Assembly (NCBI GenBank): GCA_965235115.1 | Contig: OZ249452.1 | Location: 12,772,001 to 12,836,000, forward strand | DNA: 64,000 nt | Direction of reading: 5' to 3' | Source: Laetmonice hystrix | Taxonomy: Eukaryota | In this document: piece by piece, positions 26,101 through 39,240 of the stretch | How the letters are laid out: every line of letters starts with the position of its first letter | Position numbering within the stretch: position 1 is the first letter of the stretch | The notes under the pieces: generated by a model | What the model was told of the DNA's origin: nothing | Seen by the model: only the letters and a program-made list of their open reading frames with translations | Databases searched by the model: none | Position numbers and translations under genes: made by a program

Positions 26101-29100
26101 AGTGACAGGCTCCCTAGGTTTTTCAACAATAATTGTCACTTCCTCTGGTTTCTCCTTCACTGGAATTTTAACAGTGGCTGTCTCCCGGGGCATTTCCTCA
26201 ACTGTTTCCTTGGTTTCCTGAACAGTCTCATCCTCTTGGGTTTCCACTATTTCCTCTGTCTTATCAACATCAATTGTGAATGTGATTTCCTCTGGTTTCT
26301 TTTCCACATGTAACTCAAGAGCTGTCACTTCATGAGGACCTTCAACTGGGAATTCCACCTGGCTCACTTCTGTTGGTTTAGGACCCTCTGTGACAAGGGT
26401 AGTCACTGTCTCTTCCGTGACCTCATGAGTGACTACGGTTTCCTCAGTGACAGGCTCCCTAGGTTTTTCAACAATAATTGTCACTTCCTCAGGTTTCTGT
26501 CCAACTGGGATTTCAACAGTGGTTGTCTCCCGGGGTATTTCCTCAACTGGTTCCTTCGTCGTCTCATCCTCCTGAGTTTGCAATATTTCCTCGGTCTTTT
26601 GAACATCAATTGTGAATGTGATTTCCTCTGGTTTCTTTTCAACAGGGAACTCAACTACTGTTACTTCATGAGGACCTTCAACTGGAAATTCCACCTGGCT
26701 CACTTCTGTTGGTTTAGGACCCTCTGTGACAAGGGTGGTCACTGTCTCTTCTGTGACCTCATGAGTGACTACGGTTTCCTCAGTGACAGGCTCCTTGGGG
26801 GTTTCCACTATTATTGTCACTTCCTCAGGTTTCTCCCCAACTGGGATTTCAACAGTGGTTGTCTCCCGGGGTATTTCCTCAAATGTTTCCTTGGTTTCCT
26901 GAACAGTCTCATCCTCCTGAGTTTGCACTATTTCCTCGGTCTTTTGAACATCAATTGTGAATGTGATTTCCTCTGGTTTCTTTTCAACAGGGAACTCAAC
27001 TGCTGTCACTTTATGAGGACCTTCAACTGGGAATTCCACCTGGCTCACTTCTGTTGGTTTAGGACCCTCTGTGACAAGGGTGGTCACTGTCTTTTCCGTG
27101 ACCTCATGAGTGACAACAGTTTCCTCAGTGACAGGCTCCCTAGGTTTTTCCTTGGGGGTTTCTACTATTATTGTCACCTCCTTAGGTTTCTCCTGAACTG
27201 GAATTTCAACCGTGGTTTTCTCGGTAGTGACTTTCTTTTCCTCAGATGTTTCTTTTGTTTGTTTGATGGTCTCATCCTCATATTCATCCACTGTATCCTC
27301 TTTCTTTTGGACATCAATTACAAACGTAATCTCTTCTGGTTTCTTGTCAATTGGGAACTCTAGAGATGTCAATTCCTGGGGGCCTTCAACTGGGAATTCC
27401 AACTGGCTCACTTCCGTTGGTTTAGGACCCTCTGTGACAAGTGTAGTCACTGTCTCTTCCGTAAACTCGTGAGTGACAACAGTCTCCTCTGTGACAGGCT
27501 CTTTTGGTTTTTCAACTATTATTGTCACTTCCTTGGGTTTCTCCTCAACTGGGATGTAAACCGTGGCTGTCTTCTGGGGGATTTTCCTTTCCTTGACTGT
27601 TTCCATTGTTTCCTTAATGGTTTCGTCTTCGCGAGTTTCTACTCTTTCTTTCACTGTCTCCTGTGTCCTTTGAACATCAATTGTGAGAGTGATTTCCTCT
27701 GGTTTCTTTCCAACGGGAAACTCAAGAGCCGTCACTTTTTGAGGGGCATCAACTGGTAATTCCACCTGGCTGACCTCTGTTGGTTTAGGGCCCTCTGTGA
27801 CAAGAGTTGTTACTGTCTCTTCCGTGACCTGATGGGTGACAACAATCTCTTCAGTGATCAGCTCCTTGGGTTTTTCCACTATTATCGTAACCTCCTTAGG
27901 TTTTTCTTCCACTGGTATTTCAACAGTGGCTGTCTCTCTGATTACTTTCTTTTCCTGAACTGTTTCTTTTGTTTCTTTTATAGTCTCATCCTTACGAATG
28001 TCTTCAGATTCTTCAACTGTTTCCTGTTTCTTTTGGACATCAATTACAAACGTAATTTCCTCTGGTGCCCTTTGAATTGGGAACTCTACTGTTGCCACCT
28101 CATGGGGGGTTTCAACCGGGAATTTCACTCCTGTAGGTTTATGCCTTTCTGACCTCTCTGTGACAACAGTCTTTGTCTCTTGGGTAACCTCATGGGTGAA
28201 AACAGTCCCCTCTGTGACAGGCTCCTTTGGTTTTTCCACTATTATTATCACTTCCTTGGGTTTCTCCTCAACTGGGATTTCTAGAACGCTAATCTCTCTG
28301 GTGACCTCTTTTTCAACATCAAAGTCAAGGGTTGTCACTTGCACTGGTTGAGGCAGTAACTCTTGGACAGTTATAAACCTTTCTTCAGTTGTTTCCTCTG
28401 TGAGTTCTTGTTTAACAACTTTTCTATAATCCTCCTCCGTAGAGGTGTCCAGTTCAGATACATGGACGATTTGGGAAACTGGTTGCATTTTGACTCCTGT
28501 TATGAATCTTTCTTCTACAGTTTCAGTAGTAATGCTTTCGTCAGTTGTCCTTTCTGTGTCACTTGAAACTTTCTCAGTAAATTCTATCGGTATAGTTTTT
28601 CTTGGTTTCTGAGGAACGATTTCAACTGCCGTAATGAATCTCTCATCTATATCTTCGGAATCCCTCTGGACAGTTATTTTATCAGTGTGCGACACTACCT
28701 CCTGGGTATCAGTCTGTTCTTCCTCAGACACTGTTTGCACATATTGTATAAGAGTGTGTTCTTGTGGTCGCTCTTCTGTCTGCAATCGTTGCCGATAAGT
28801 TTTGGTCTCCTCCACTTCAATACTGCCTTGGTCCCTAAGTTCCAGTTCAACTTGATGATCGTGTGGCACAAATCGAATTATCCTTTCTTCGGTGGTTTCC
28901 TGTTCTGCCATCCAAACCTCTTGCTCTTTAACATCTACCTTAGAAAGATCATGGTCTGAAGTGTCAACCCCAACAGCAACTGTTTTTTCCTGGTCCTGAA
29001 CATCAGATGGAGCCTCAAAATGCATTTTTATATCCTGTGGCAGGGCCCTACTCTCAACTGGAACCTCCTTTATAGCTTTATCGAGAACCGTCGTTACCTG

Positions 29101-32100
29101 CTCAGAGGGAGCAGTTTCTTCGTCTGTTTCTGATACATCTGATGGTACATCAAGATCAAAGTGTAGTTCCTGAGGTTGGGTCTGTGTAGTAACTGGCATT
29201 TCCTTAGTGGCAGTCTCAAGTATATCAGGAATACCTTCTGAGGGCATGGCTTCCTCCTCTGTTTCTGACACATCTGTTGGCGACTCGAGGTCCACTAAAA
29301 ACTCTTGAGGCTCTGTTTGGCTTTCAACTGGGCTCTCTCGGCTGGCTCTGTCCTGGTATAATGGAATGTTCTCCATCGGTGCCTGTTCTTCTTCAGCTGC
29401 TGGTATATCCGAGGGCACCTCCATTGGGACTTCAATATCCTGAAGCTGTGTCTGTGACGCAAATGGTGTTTCTTTGGTGGCGGTTTTCAGGATAACTGAA
29501 ATGTCCTCAGATGGAGCAGTTTCTTCCCGTGTGGGTTGTACATCGCTGGGCACCTCGAGCGCAAGGATAACCTCCTGGGTCTGTACTTGACTTGGCATGG
29601 GCATTTCTTTTGTAGCAGTCTCCAAGACATCAGGAATCTTAACCTCTGAGGCCCTCCTTCTTTTAACTTCTGGGACAACTGCTGAGGTTTCTATGTCAAC
29701 GACTACTTTTTGTGAATCAGTCTTACTCTCAGTTATTTTGTCATCAGAAACAATTCCAAGCAACTGTACTATATCCTCACAGGGGGCGGCTGCTTCCTGT
29801 GCTTCAGGCACCTTTGTGGGCAGCTCTTCTTGTACTGAAACCTCCTGTGTTTGAGTTTGACTTTCTATAGGCATTTCACTCTTTGCTAAGTCAAGCACAG
29901 TGGGAGTGTCCTTGGACGGAGCAGTGCTTTCTTCTAGACCTGACACCTCAGATGGAATTTCAAGTTCAAGCGAAGCCTCTTGTGTTTGTGCATGGCTCTC
30001 AATTTGACTCTCTTTTGTAGCCTTTTCAAGGACATCAAGGATGTTTATGAATGGAGCCGTTTCTTCCTGTGTTTCAGGTACATCAGCAGGTAATTCCAAC
30101 TGAAGGAGAACATCTTGAGTCTTTGACTGACTCTCAACTGGAATTTCCTTAAAAGCTGTCTTTAGAACATCTGGGATCTCCTCAGAGGGTACTGTTTCTT
30201 CCTGTGTCTCAGGAACATCTGATGGTGTATCCAGTTGAAGAACAACTTCCTGTATCTGTGTCTGTGACTCTACTGGTGTTTCCTTTGAGGCAGTTTCAAG
30301 TGTATCTGGAATATCAATTCCAGGGGCCTTTTCTTCCTTCAGGGAAGGAACCTGGGAAGGTGTTTCAAGTTCAAGAACAAATTGTTGAGTTTCAGTCTGA
30401 CTTTCAGTGAGGGTATCTTCAGACCTGGTGACAAGAAGCTGCACCACATCTTCACATGGTGCAGCCTCCTCCTGAGTTTCAGGCACACGTATTGAGGTCT
30501 CCTCCTGTACCAGTTCCTCCTGGGTCTGGGTAAGACTCTCAACTGCAGTTTCTTTGGTTGCCTTTTCAAGGACATCTGGGATCTCCTCAGAGGGAACCGT
30601 TTCTTCCTCTGATTCAGGAACATCTGATGGAGTATCAAGTTGAAGGACAACTTCCTGTAACTGTGACTGTGTTTCTATTGGCACTTCCTTTGAGGCTGTG
30701 TCAAGTACATCTGGAACCTCATATCCAGGGGCCTTTTCTTCCTTCAGGGATGGAACCTGGGAAGGTGTTTCAAGTTCAAGAACAAATTGTTGAGTTTCAA
30801 TCCGACTCTCGGTGACAGTATCTTCAGACTTGGTGACGAGAAGCTGCACCACATCTTCACATGGTGCAGCCTCCTCCTGAGTTTCAGGCACACGTGTTGA
30901 GGTCTCCTCCTGTACCAGTTCCTCCTGGGTCTTAGTCAGACTCTCAACTGGAGTTTCTTTGGTTGCCTTTTCAAGGACATCTGGGATTTCCTCAGAGGGA
31001 ACTGTTTCTTCCTCTGTTTCAGGAACATCCGATGGTGTATCAAGTTGAAGAACAACTTCCTGTATCTGTGTCTGTGATTCCACTGGTGTTTCCTTGGAGG
31101 CAGTTTCCAAAGTGTCGGGAACCTCGATTCCAGGAGCCTTTTCCTCCTGAAGGGAAGGAACATCAGATGGTGTCTCAAGGTCGAGAATAAATTGTTGAGT
31201 TTCAATCCGACTCTCGGTGACAGTATCTTCAGACTTGGTGACAAGAAGCTGCACCACATCTTCACATGGTGCAGCCTCCTCCTGAGTTTCAGGCACACGT
31301 GTAGAAGTCTCCTCCTGTACCAGTTCCTCCTGGGTCTGGGTCAGACTCTCAACTGCAGTTTCCTTGGTTGCCTTTTCAAGGACATCTGGGATCTCCTCGG
31401 AGGGAACAGTTTCTTCCTCTGTTTCAGGAACATCCGATGGTGTATCAAGTTGAAGAACAACTTCCTGTATCTGTGTCTGTGATTCCACTGGTGTTTCCTT
31501 GGAGGCAATTTCCAAAGTGTCGGGAACCTCGATTCCAGGAGCCTTTTCCTCCTGAAGGGAAGGAACATCAGATGGTGTCTCAAGGTCGAGAATAAATTGT
31601 TGAGTTTCAATCCGACTCTCGGTGACAGTATCTTCAGACTTGGTGACGAGAAGCTGCACCACATCTTCACATGGTGCAGCCTCCTCCTGAGTTTCAGGCA
31701 CACGTGTTGAGGTCTCCTCCTGTACCAGTTCCTCCTGGGTCTGGGTCAGACTCTCAACTGCAGTTTCCTTGGTTGCCTTTTCAAGGACATCTGGGATTTC
31801 CTCTGAGGGAACAGTTTCTTCCTCTGTTTCAGGAACATCTGATGGTGTATCAAGTTGAAGAACAACTTCCTGTATCTGTGTCTGTGATTCCACTGGTGTT
31901 TCCTTGGAGGCAGTTTCCAAAGTGTCGGGAACCTCGATTCCAGGGGCCTTTTCCTCCTGAAGGGAAGGAACCTGGGAAGGTGTTTCAAGTTCAAGAACAA
32001 ATTGTTGAGTTTCAGTCTGACTTTCAGTGACAGTATCTTCAGACTTGGTGACAAGAAGCTGCACCACATCTTCACATGGTGCAGCCTCCTCCTGAGTTTC

Positions 32101-35100
32101 GGGCACACGTGTTGAGGTCTCCTCCTGTACCAGTTCCTCCTGGGTCTGTGTAAGACTCTCAACTGGAGTTTCTTTGGTGGCCTTTTCCAAGACATCAGGG
32201 ATTTCTTCAGAGGGAACTGTTTCTTCCTCTGTTTCAGGAACATCTGATGGTGTATCAAGTTGAAGAACAACTTCCTGTATTTGTGTCTGTGATTCTACTG
32301 GTGTTTCCTTGGAGGCAGTTTCCAACGTGTCGGGAACCTCGATTCCAGGGGCCTTTTCCTCCTGAAGGGAAGGAACCTGGGAAGGTGTTTCAAGTTCAAG
32401 AACAAATTGTTGAGTTTCAGTCTGACTTTCAGTGACAGTATCTTCAGACTTGGTGACAAGAAGCTGCACCACATCTTCACATGGTGCAGCCTCCTCCTGA
32501 GTTTCGGGCACACGTGTAGAAGTCTCCTCCTGTACCAGTTCCTCCTGGGTCTGGGTAAGACTCTCAACTGGAGTTTCTTTGGTTGCCTTTTCAAGGACAT
32601 CTGGGATCTCCTCAGAGGGAACTGTTTCTTCCTCTGTTTCAGGAACATCTGATGGAGTATTAAGTTGAAGGACAACTTCCTGTATCTGTGTCTGTGATTC
32701 TACTGGTATTTCTTTTGAGGCCGTTTCCAAAGTGTCAGGAACCTCGATTTCAGGAGCTTTTTCTTCCTGAAGGGAAGGAACATCAGATGGTGTCTCAAGA
32801 TCCAATATAAACTGTTGTGTCCCTGCTTGAGTTTCTGTTATTTCATACCCTGATTTAGTGATGAGTAGTTGCACCACATCCTCACATGGTGCAGCTTCCT
32901 CCTGAGTTTCAGGCACACGTGTTGAGGTCTCTTCCTGTATCAGTTCCTCCTGGGTCTGAGTTAGACTCTCAACTGCGGTTTCTCTCGTTGCCTTTTCCAA
33001 GACATCAGGGATCTCCTCAGAGGGAACAGTTTCTTCCTCTGTTGCAGGAACATCTGATGGTGCATCAAGTTCAAGGACAACTTCCTGTAACTGTGACTGT
33101 GTTTCTATTGGCACTTCCTTTGAGGCTGTGTCAAGTACATCTGGAACCTCATATCCAGGGGCCTTTTCTTCCTTCAGCGAAGGAACCTGGGAAGGTGTTT
33201 CAAGTTCAAGAACAAATTGTTGAGTTTCAATCCGACTCTCGGTGACAGTATCTTCAGACTTGGTGACGAGAAGCTGCACCACATCTTCACATGGTGCAGC
33301 CTCCTCCTGAGTTTCAGGCACACGTGTTGAGGTCTCCTCCTGCACCAATTCCTCCTGGGTCTGGGTAAGACTCTCAACTGGAGTTTCCTTGGTTGCCTTT
33401 TCAAGGACATCTGGGATCTCCTCTGAGGGAACTGTTTCTTCCTCTGTTTCAGGAACATCTGATGGTGTATCAAGTTGAAGAACAACTTCCTGTATCTGTG
33501 TCTGTGATTCTATTGGTGTTTCCTTGGAGGCAGTTTCCAACGTGTCAGGAACCTCGATTTCGGGAGCTTTTTCCTCCTGAAGGGAAGGAACATCAGATGG
33601 TGTCTCAAGATCCAATATAAACTGCTGTGTCCCTGCTTGAGTTTCAGTAATTTCATACCCTGATTTAGTGATGAGTAGTTGCACCACATCCTCACATGGT
33701 GCAGCTTCCTCCTGAGTTTCAGGCACACGTGTTGAGGTCTCCTCCTGTACCAGTTCCTCCTGGGTCTTAGTCAGACTCTCAACTGGAGTTTCCTTGGTTG
33801 CCTTTTCAAGGACATCTGGGATTTCCTCAGAGGGAACAGTTTCTTCCTCTGTTTCAGAAACATCCGATGGTGTATCAAGTTGAAGAACAACTTCCTGTAT
33901 CTGTGTCTGTGATTCTACTGGTGTTTCCTTGGAGGCAGTTTCCAACGTGTCACGTACCTCGATTCCAGGAGCTTTTTCCTCCTGAAGGGAAGGAACTTGG
34001 GATGGTGTCTCAAGTTCCAAAACAAATTGTTGCGTTTCAGTCTGACTTTCAGTGACAGTATCTTCAGAACTGATGACAAGAAGCTGCACCACATCTTCAC
34101 ATGGCGCAGCTTCCTCTTGAGTTTCAGGCACACGTGTTGAGGTCTCCTCCTGCACCAGTTCCTCCTGGGTCTGGGTCAGACTCTCCACTGGAGTTTCTTT
34201 GGTTGCCTTTTCTAGGACATCTGGGATCTCCTCACCTGGTGCCATCTCCTCTTCTGTTTCTGACACATCTGACGGAGATTCTAACTTTAATTCAATTTCT
34301 TGAGTTTGAGTTTGTGTTTCTACACGGAAGTCTGCCATGGCTTTACCAAGTACATTCGGGATGTCTTTAGCTGGGGCTGTTTCATCAAGTATCTGAGGCA
34401 CATCAGATGAGGTTTCCATTTCCAATACAATTTCCTGCAATTGTGTCTGACTCTGAGCAGCAGTCTCCATTGAAACTGTTACGAGATTCTGCATCACTTC
34501 TTCATAAGGGGCAGTTTCCTCCTTGGCGACTGGAACATCTGCAGGAACTTCAAATTCTAACTCAACCAGCTGAGGCTGGGCTTCAGTTTCAATAAACCTT
34601 TCTAATGTCGCTGTTTCAAGCTTCTGTGTGATCTCTTTTGATGGCGCCGTTTCCACTTCTGTTTCAGGAGCTTCAGAAACACCCTCAAACTGAAGTTCAA
34701 AGACTTGTGGCTCACTCTGACTCTCAACTACAACTTCTTGTGTCACACTTTGTGTCACCAAGGGAACGTCTGTGGACTTTAGTTCAACCTCTTCCCGGAC
34801 AAAAGTCACTTCCTCTGTTGTTTGGGTGTCTGTGGTTAGTTCTTGAGGCTGAGCTAGATTCTCAAAAATCTTTTGGCTTTGAGCTTCGCCGAGCTCTACA
34901 GGAACCAGCTCTGGATGGAGAACTTCATCTTGAAGCGTGGTTATCTCGTCAGCAACTTCACAGGTCTGGGTCACTGTTTGCTGGACTATTTTACTTTCTT
35001 TTGGCACTAGAATTTCAGGCCTTTTTAGATACTGGACCAGCTCAGTTTCTGTGGGTTTAGTTTCGTAAGTCATGACAGTCAGGTCAACTTCATCAGGCTG

Positions 35101-35429
35101 CTCAAGCTCAATAATTTTCTCCTGAGTCAAAGCCTGAGAAGATCTCACCTCGAAATCTGCTTCAGAAAGGTAAACTGGAATTTCTTCAGGTGCTAGAGTA
35201 AATTCTTCTTCATGAGCGTCTTCGGTTACCTGAGGCGTTTCAAAAATTGCTGGGGTAAATGATACCTCTGCTAGATTGATAGCGTCAGGCTCGCCAACAG
35301 GCACTGTGATTTCAGTGGTCTTCATGGCACTCTCAGGAGAGATTAGAACCCTCTCCGTTTCTTTTTTGGTCAGGTCAAGGTCAATGCGAGTTACAAAAGG
35401 TTCTTGGCTTGGGATGGACAGGGTGACGT
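20115..35429 (-). CDS. Giant exon (15,315 nt, phase 1-1): Ig-free E/T/V/P-rich segment with 405-bp and 345-bp repeat arrays
   Basis: Acceptor ttcccaaatag|AC at 35430-31; donor CAAG|GTAGTC at 20109-14; length divisible by 3; continuous ORF. Confidence 0.9.
20860..28270 (-). repeat. Coding tandem repeat, 345 bp / 115 aa (EIPRETTTVEIPV..KPEEVTIIVETPKEPVTEETVVTHEVTEETVTTLVTEGPKPTEVSQVEFPVEGPHEV...), ~21 copies
   Basis: aacatcaattgtgaa at 23161 and 24541 (4 x 345 apart). A few units carry small in-frame indels. Confidence 0.95.
30050..34290 (-). repeat. Coding higher-order repeat, 405 bp / 135 aa = 3 x 45-aa subunits, ~10 copies
   Basis: Shadow ORFs at 30963/31368 are 405 bp apart. The unit splits into EETVPSEEIPDVLEK.. 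/ EEAAPCEDVVQLLVT.. / EEKAPGIEVPDTLET.., each 45 aa. Confidence 0.93.
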
Positions 35430-36526
35430 CTATTTGGGAAGGAACAAATCAGAAAGAACATTAACAGTGGAGTAGTTCCATGATTTACCGCAAAGGCATG
35501 TTCAGAAATCAAAAGAATAAGACAATATCTAGTAGGACAATACTGTCTTGTTCAAAAACCTGAAAGTTCTTATCAAAAAACACATTTTCATCAAAATATA
35601 GCGTAAATATTTAACTAAACCATTTTAAAAATCATTTAAGCATATTTCTATTCATACTGAAGCTTTAAGCAGTTTTGAAAGAGAGATTAGAGTAAAGTGC
35701 CTTAACCAGAAGATAGAAACAGAAGTTTGTACATGAGAGACTTTACACATATCAATACTTGTTTTAAAAAGCATGAGAATAATGCAGAGAAAGGATAGAG
35801 AAACATAGGCATTAACAAAAACACTGAAATGACTGAATGACACAACAATATGAAGATCCTTGACGTATTTCTATCACCTCTGAAAAAGGAGAAAATCTCA
35901 TAAGATTTATTGCATTAGCACAGCAAGGAAAAATCTGTCCTGCATCTAGCCACCTGTTATCAGAATTAAAGGTTGGAAGAATATCACTTAAACGTTTCGC
36001 TAAGGACAAGACCCCAACAGCTTGTGAGTGAATCATATGTTCCTATATGTAGTTATGTTGAAATGTTCTCTACTGTCTGTCAACCCCACACATCTGAATC
36101 GGCCATCTATGTACACCACCAAACACTCATTTTTCTAAACCCTTTCAAACACGTTCACCTTCTCTGCACAACAACCTTTCCATATGTCTAAACTTCAATG
36201 AACTAGCCATTAATACTGAGGTAAATCTAAGAATTCAAGAGTTCCCCCACTCTTGGACCCTTCTCTGAGGTGGTGAGGGCCAAGCAAGCAGTGGCCCTTG
36301 GCTTTGGCTGACTAAGTCTGGTGCTCTCAGCAGGTCCAAATCTACCTCTCCAATACATAGGACCAGTGTCATCAACCCGATCATCAAAAATGGACTCAAT
36401 ATGTTGCACTTCAGATGTTCTCCACTGAATTTGCTGACACGATTTAAAGCCACCAATCACTCACTCCAAGAAATCAAACACCAAGTAAGTGGGTTCATTA
36501 CGCATTGAGGGTCAGAGAGGTATTCG

Positions 36527-36654
36527 TCAGGAAACCATATTTTGATCCATTTTGGACACAATAATATATAGAAATATGTGGTTCTTAAACTTTGGGCAAA
36601 GTGACAGGGGCCAAAAGGACTCTGGATTAGGACAGGGCGAGCTGGGAAAGAATC
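36527..36654 (-). CDS. Candidate alternative (possibly terminal) exon: GFFPSSPCPNPESFWPLSLCPKFKNHIFLYIIVSKMDQNMVS*
   Basis: Strong acceptor (tttccttttcgtcttttctatgcag|GA) at 36655-56; phase-1 frame ends at TGA 36527-29. A GTGAGT donor at 36459-64 would instead suit a phase-0 frame, so the reading is ambiguous. Confidence 0.3.
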
Positions 36655-36866
36655 CTGCATAGAAAAGACGAAAAGGAAATGAGGACTACATAATTATATA
36701 CATAGATATCTACTCAGTATTTGAGCTTCAAAATAGACAGAATTTTATCCTCGAATAGAGCAAATATATCCAAAGCAAGTAAAATTTAGATAGCTCAGAT
36801 GTGAAAAGGAAGTATGTCATACTTTATGAAAGAGTTGTGAGCAAACAAGAAAGAGTTCAAGAACTA

Positions 36867-37818
36867 AAGGCCCGGTCCCACTGGGGAGAGGATTAATTGC
36901 GCATGAATTGAGTATACAAATTCGGGCATTCGTTGTCGTCCGCAACAAAATTGGCCAAAAATGACAAATTTCACAGTATGAATTACGGATATATTAAAAA
37001 TGTATAGCGAATAAAAAGCGAATGCGATTGCGGATGCTCTCCCATGAGGGATACAACTGGTAAATGTTGTCGAATGTATTGCGAACATTGTGGATATGTA
37101 TACGAACAATCACGGATGTATAACGCATGTATTAAGGAAACGGATCGGACGCATTGCGATTATCACGAAAGTATTACGGATGTATTGCGCACGTGTTGCG
37201 GAAACATCGGTTGTATTGCGCATGCGCGGCATCTGCATTGCGGTCATCACTCGGGCCTTTCAGCATCATTATTCATTATTCTCCACAGCTGCACTGGAAA
37301 TGACTGGCAAATATGTCGATTTCTGCCACATTTATATAGTACTTTGGGTTTACGGGTGTTATGTATTCGCAAATTGTTCCCAAATCAGATGCAAAGCAGG
37401 CGTAATACAAATGCTTTATTCGTGGCCAATCTGTATGCATTCGCTACAAATTATTTAAGTTCCTGATGTGGACGTGATAGGCATGCTATATATTCGTTTT
37501 ACATACTGTCCCAGTCCGCTGCCAAGCCGCAATACCCCGTCAGTTGCGGATATCAGCAGATAACAGCGGATATACAGCGCATAGATTCAGTATGTATTGA
37601 GTATGTATTGCGTATGTATTGCGTAACCAAAATTTTGTGCAGCTCAAAAATCCTGGCAACGGAAAAACGTGCCTTTGTGGATAAATGCGGACATGTGAGG
37701 ATGTCGGCCGACTCATACAAGCATGTTTCACGAATATTGCGGGTGTTTAGCGAATATAAACCAATTTTATGCGGAATTCATACGCAAATCTTCCTAAACA
37801 CCAGTGGGACCGGGCCTT
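36867..37818. mobile_element. Non-autonomous TIR DNA transposon (MITE-like, ~950 bp); superfamily uncertain
   Basis: Perfect 20-bp inverted match taaaggcccggtcccactgg (36865-84) / ccagtgggaccgggccttta (37801-20). The flanks read either as a TA duplication or as CTAA/TTAA. Further imperfect subterminal matches (gcgcatgaatt / aattcatacgc) and repeated GTATTGCG motifs; no transposase ORF. Confidence 0.85.
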
Positions 37819-39240
37819 TAATTCAAGTCATCGTTTGAGTCATCAGAAAGAATTATCAAATTTAAGCCTGATATTTATTCGGTAATTTCGAGCTTTCTGT
37901 TCTTATTGAGTAATATACTGGGTGATTTTGAATAGGCGTTGCTGAAAGAGAAGGCATTTATACTGGCGATGTCATGTGATCAGCAAGTGACGACTGATAA
38001 CGTTCCATTTTGAACACACAGGCTTTCAATATTAATTTTACTCAGTTTTTGAAACTAACTTTTTATTGAATAAAACCAAACTATGTGCAGATTCTTTATC
38101 TCTATCATAATCTGATAGATTTATACTATTAGCAATTTGTACAATATACGGCCACAACGTGCCAGCTGTTGGCTGTTAGCACCCATGCAATGTTTTCCGT
38201 GACTGAGGTGAAAATATCCAGAGATGATACTTTTATTATGGATTCTATAGCGAAAAGAGAAGCTAGAATAAACAAATATTCTAGACTCAGTGTTTCTGTC
38301 AGGTCAACCACCTGATATGTCATTGTCTTCAAATATCTTATAACGCCAAAGGAACCTCAGACTATGGTATTCATGCATGGGTGCTTATGATTTCCGTGTG
38401 CTTTAAATCAACACAATTGTTTTCTGTGAGAATGTTCTGCGTTTCACAGTTTGGTTATAATATGTCCTCTCAAACCAACACGATATTGTAAATCTAAACT
38501 GAGAAAACTAGTCCTAAAATCAAACTTTCTAACATTCATACGTCACTTGTGAACATTGTGGATCACGGAAACTAGCAATCTGGATAAAACGTGGACTCAA
38601 AAGCTAAATATTCAAAAATTATCTTCTACAAAAGATTTTCAATCTACAGAAAGGCCTGCATATCGAGAAAATAAGCTGACAGCATTTCCAAAAGAAAACA
38701 TATAAAAATTATTTTGTTGCCAAAATATACACACTGTAGTAAACAGCAGGTACTCTAAATAACACATTTCAACCGTTCTACTTTTGCTCAGCTTATTTCC
38801 CAATAGACAGGAGAGCAGGAAGACATTTTCTCTTCTATATGACTTCATACGGAACTGAACAAAGCAGCTACGCAGAAAATTTATAATATATCAAAATAAA
38901 GCCCTTCAAAAAACTTCAGTTTTACTGAAGCCAACTCAAGCCCCAGATTGCTGCTTCCAATAGTTGTGCAAGAAAAATATATTGATAAATATAAATCACC
39001 AGCCTGTCAAGTACAACCTTTTTGCATAATTATGAACTTCCGTAAACAACACTTTACACCACGGAATGTTGTCCAAAAGGATAGCAAGGTTAGGTATGGA
39101 TACTTCAGTCACGATTCCTTTTTGTTTCAATGAACTTAAATTACGCCAGGAGTGTTTCTGACAAGCTGATGTTGAAACGATGCACGCGTTATTTTCATCA
39201 TTATATGCTATATAAACAATAGTCCGAGAGATAAACACAC

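Noticed and set aside
20923-27363. Plus-strand ORFs of 646, 1143 and 343 aa
   Set aside because: Antisense shadows of the 345-bp array.
1371-35429. Mucin or secreted adhesin interpretation of the T-rich repeats
   Set aside because: The repeats are spliced in frame to intracellular-type I-set Ig domains and are dominated by Glu. No signal peptide, vWD or cysteine-knot modules were seen.
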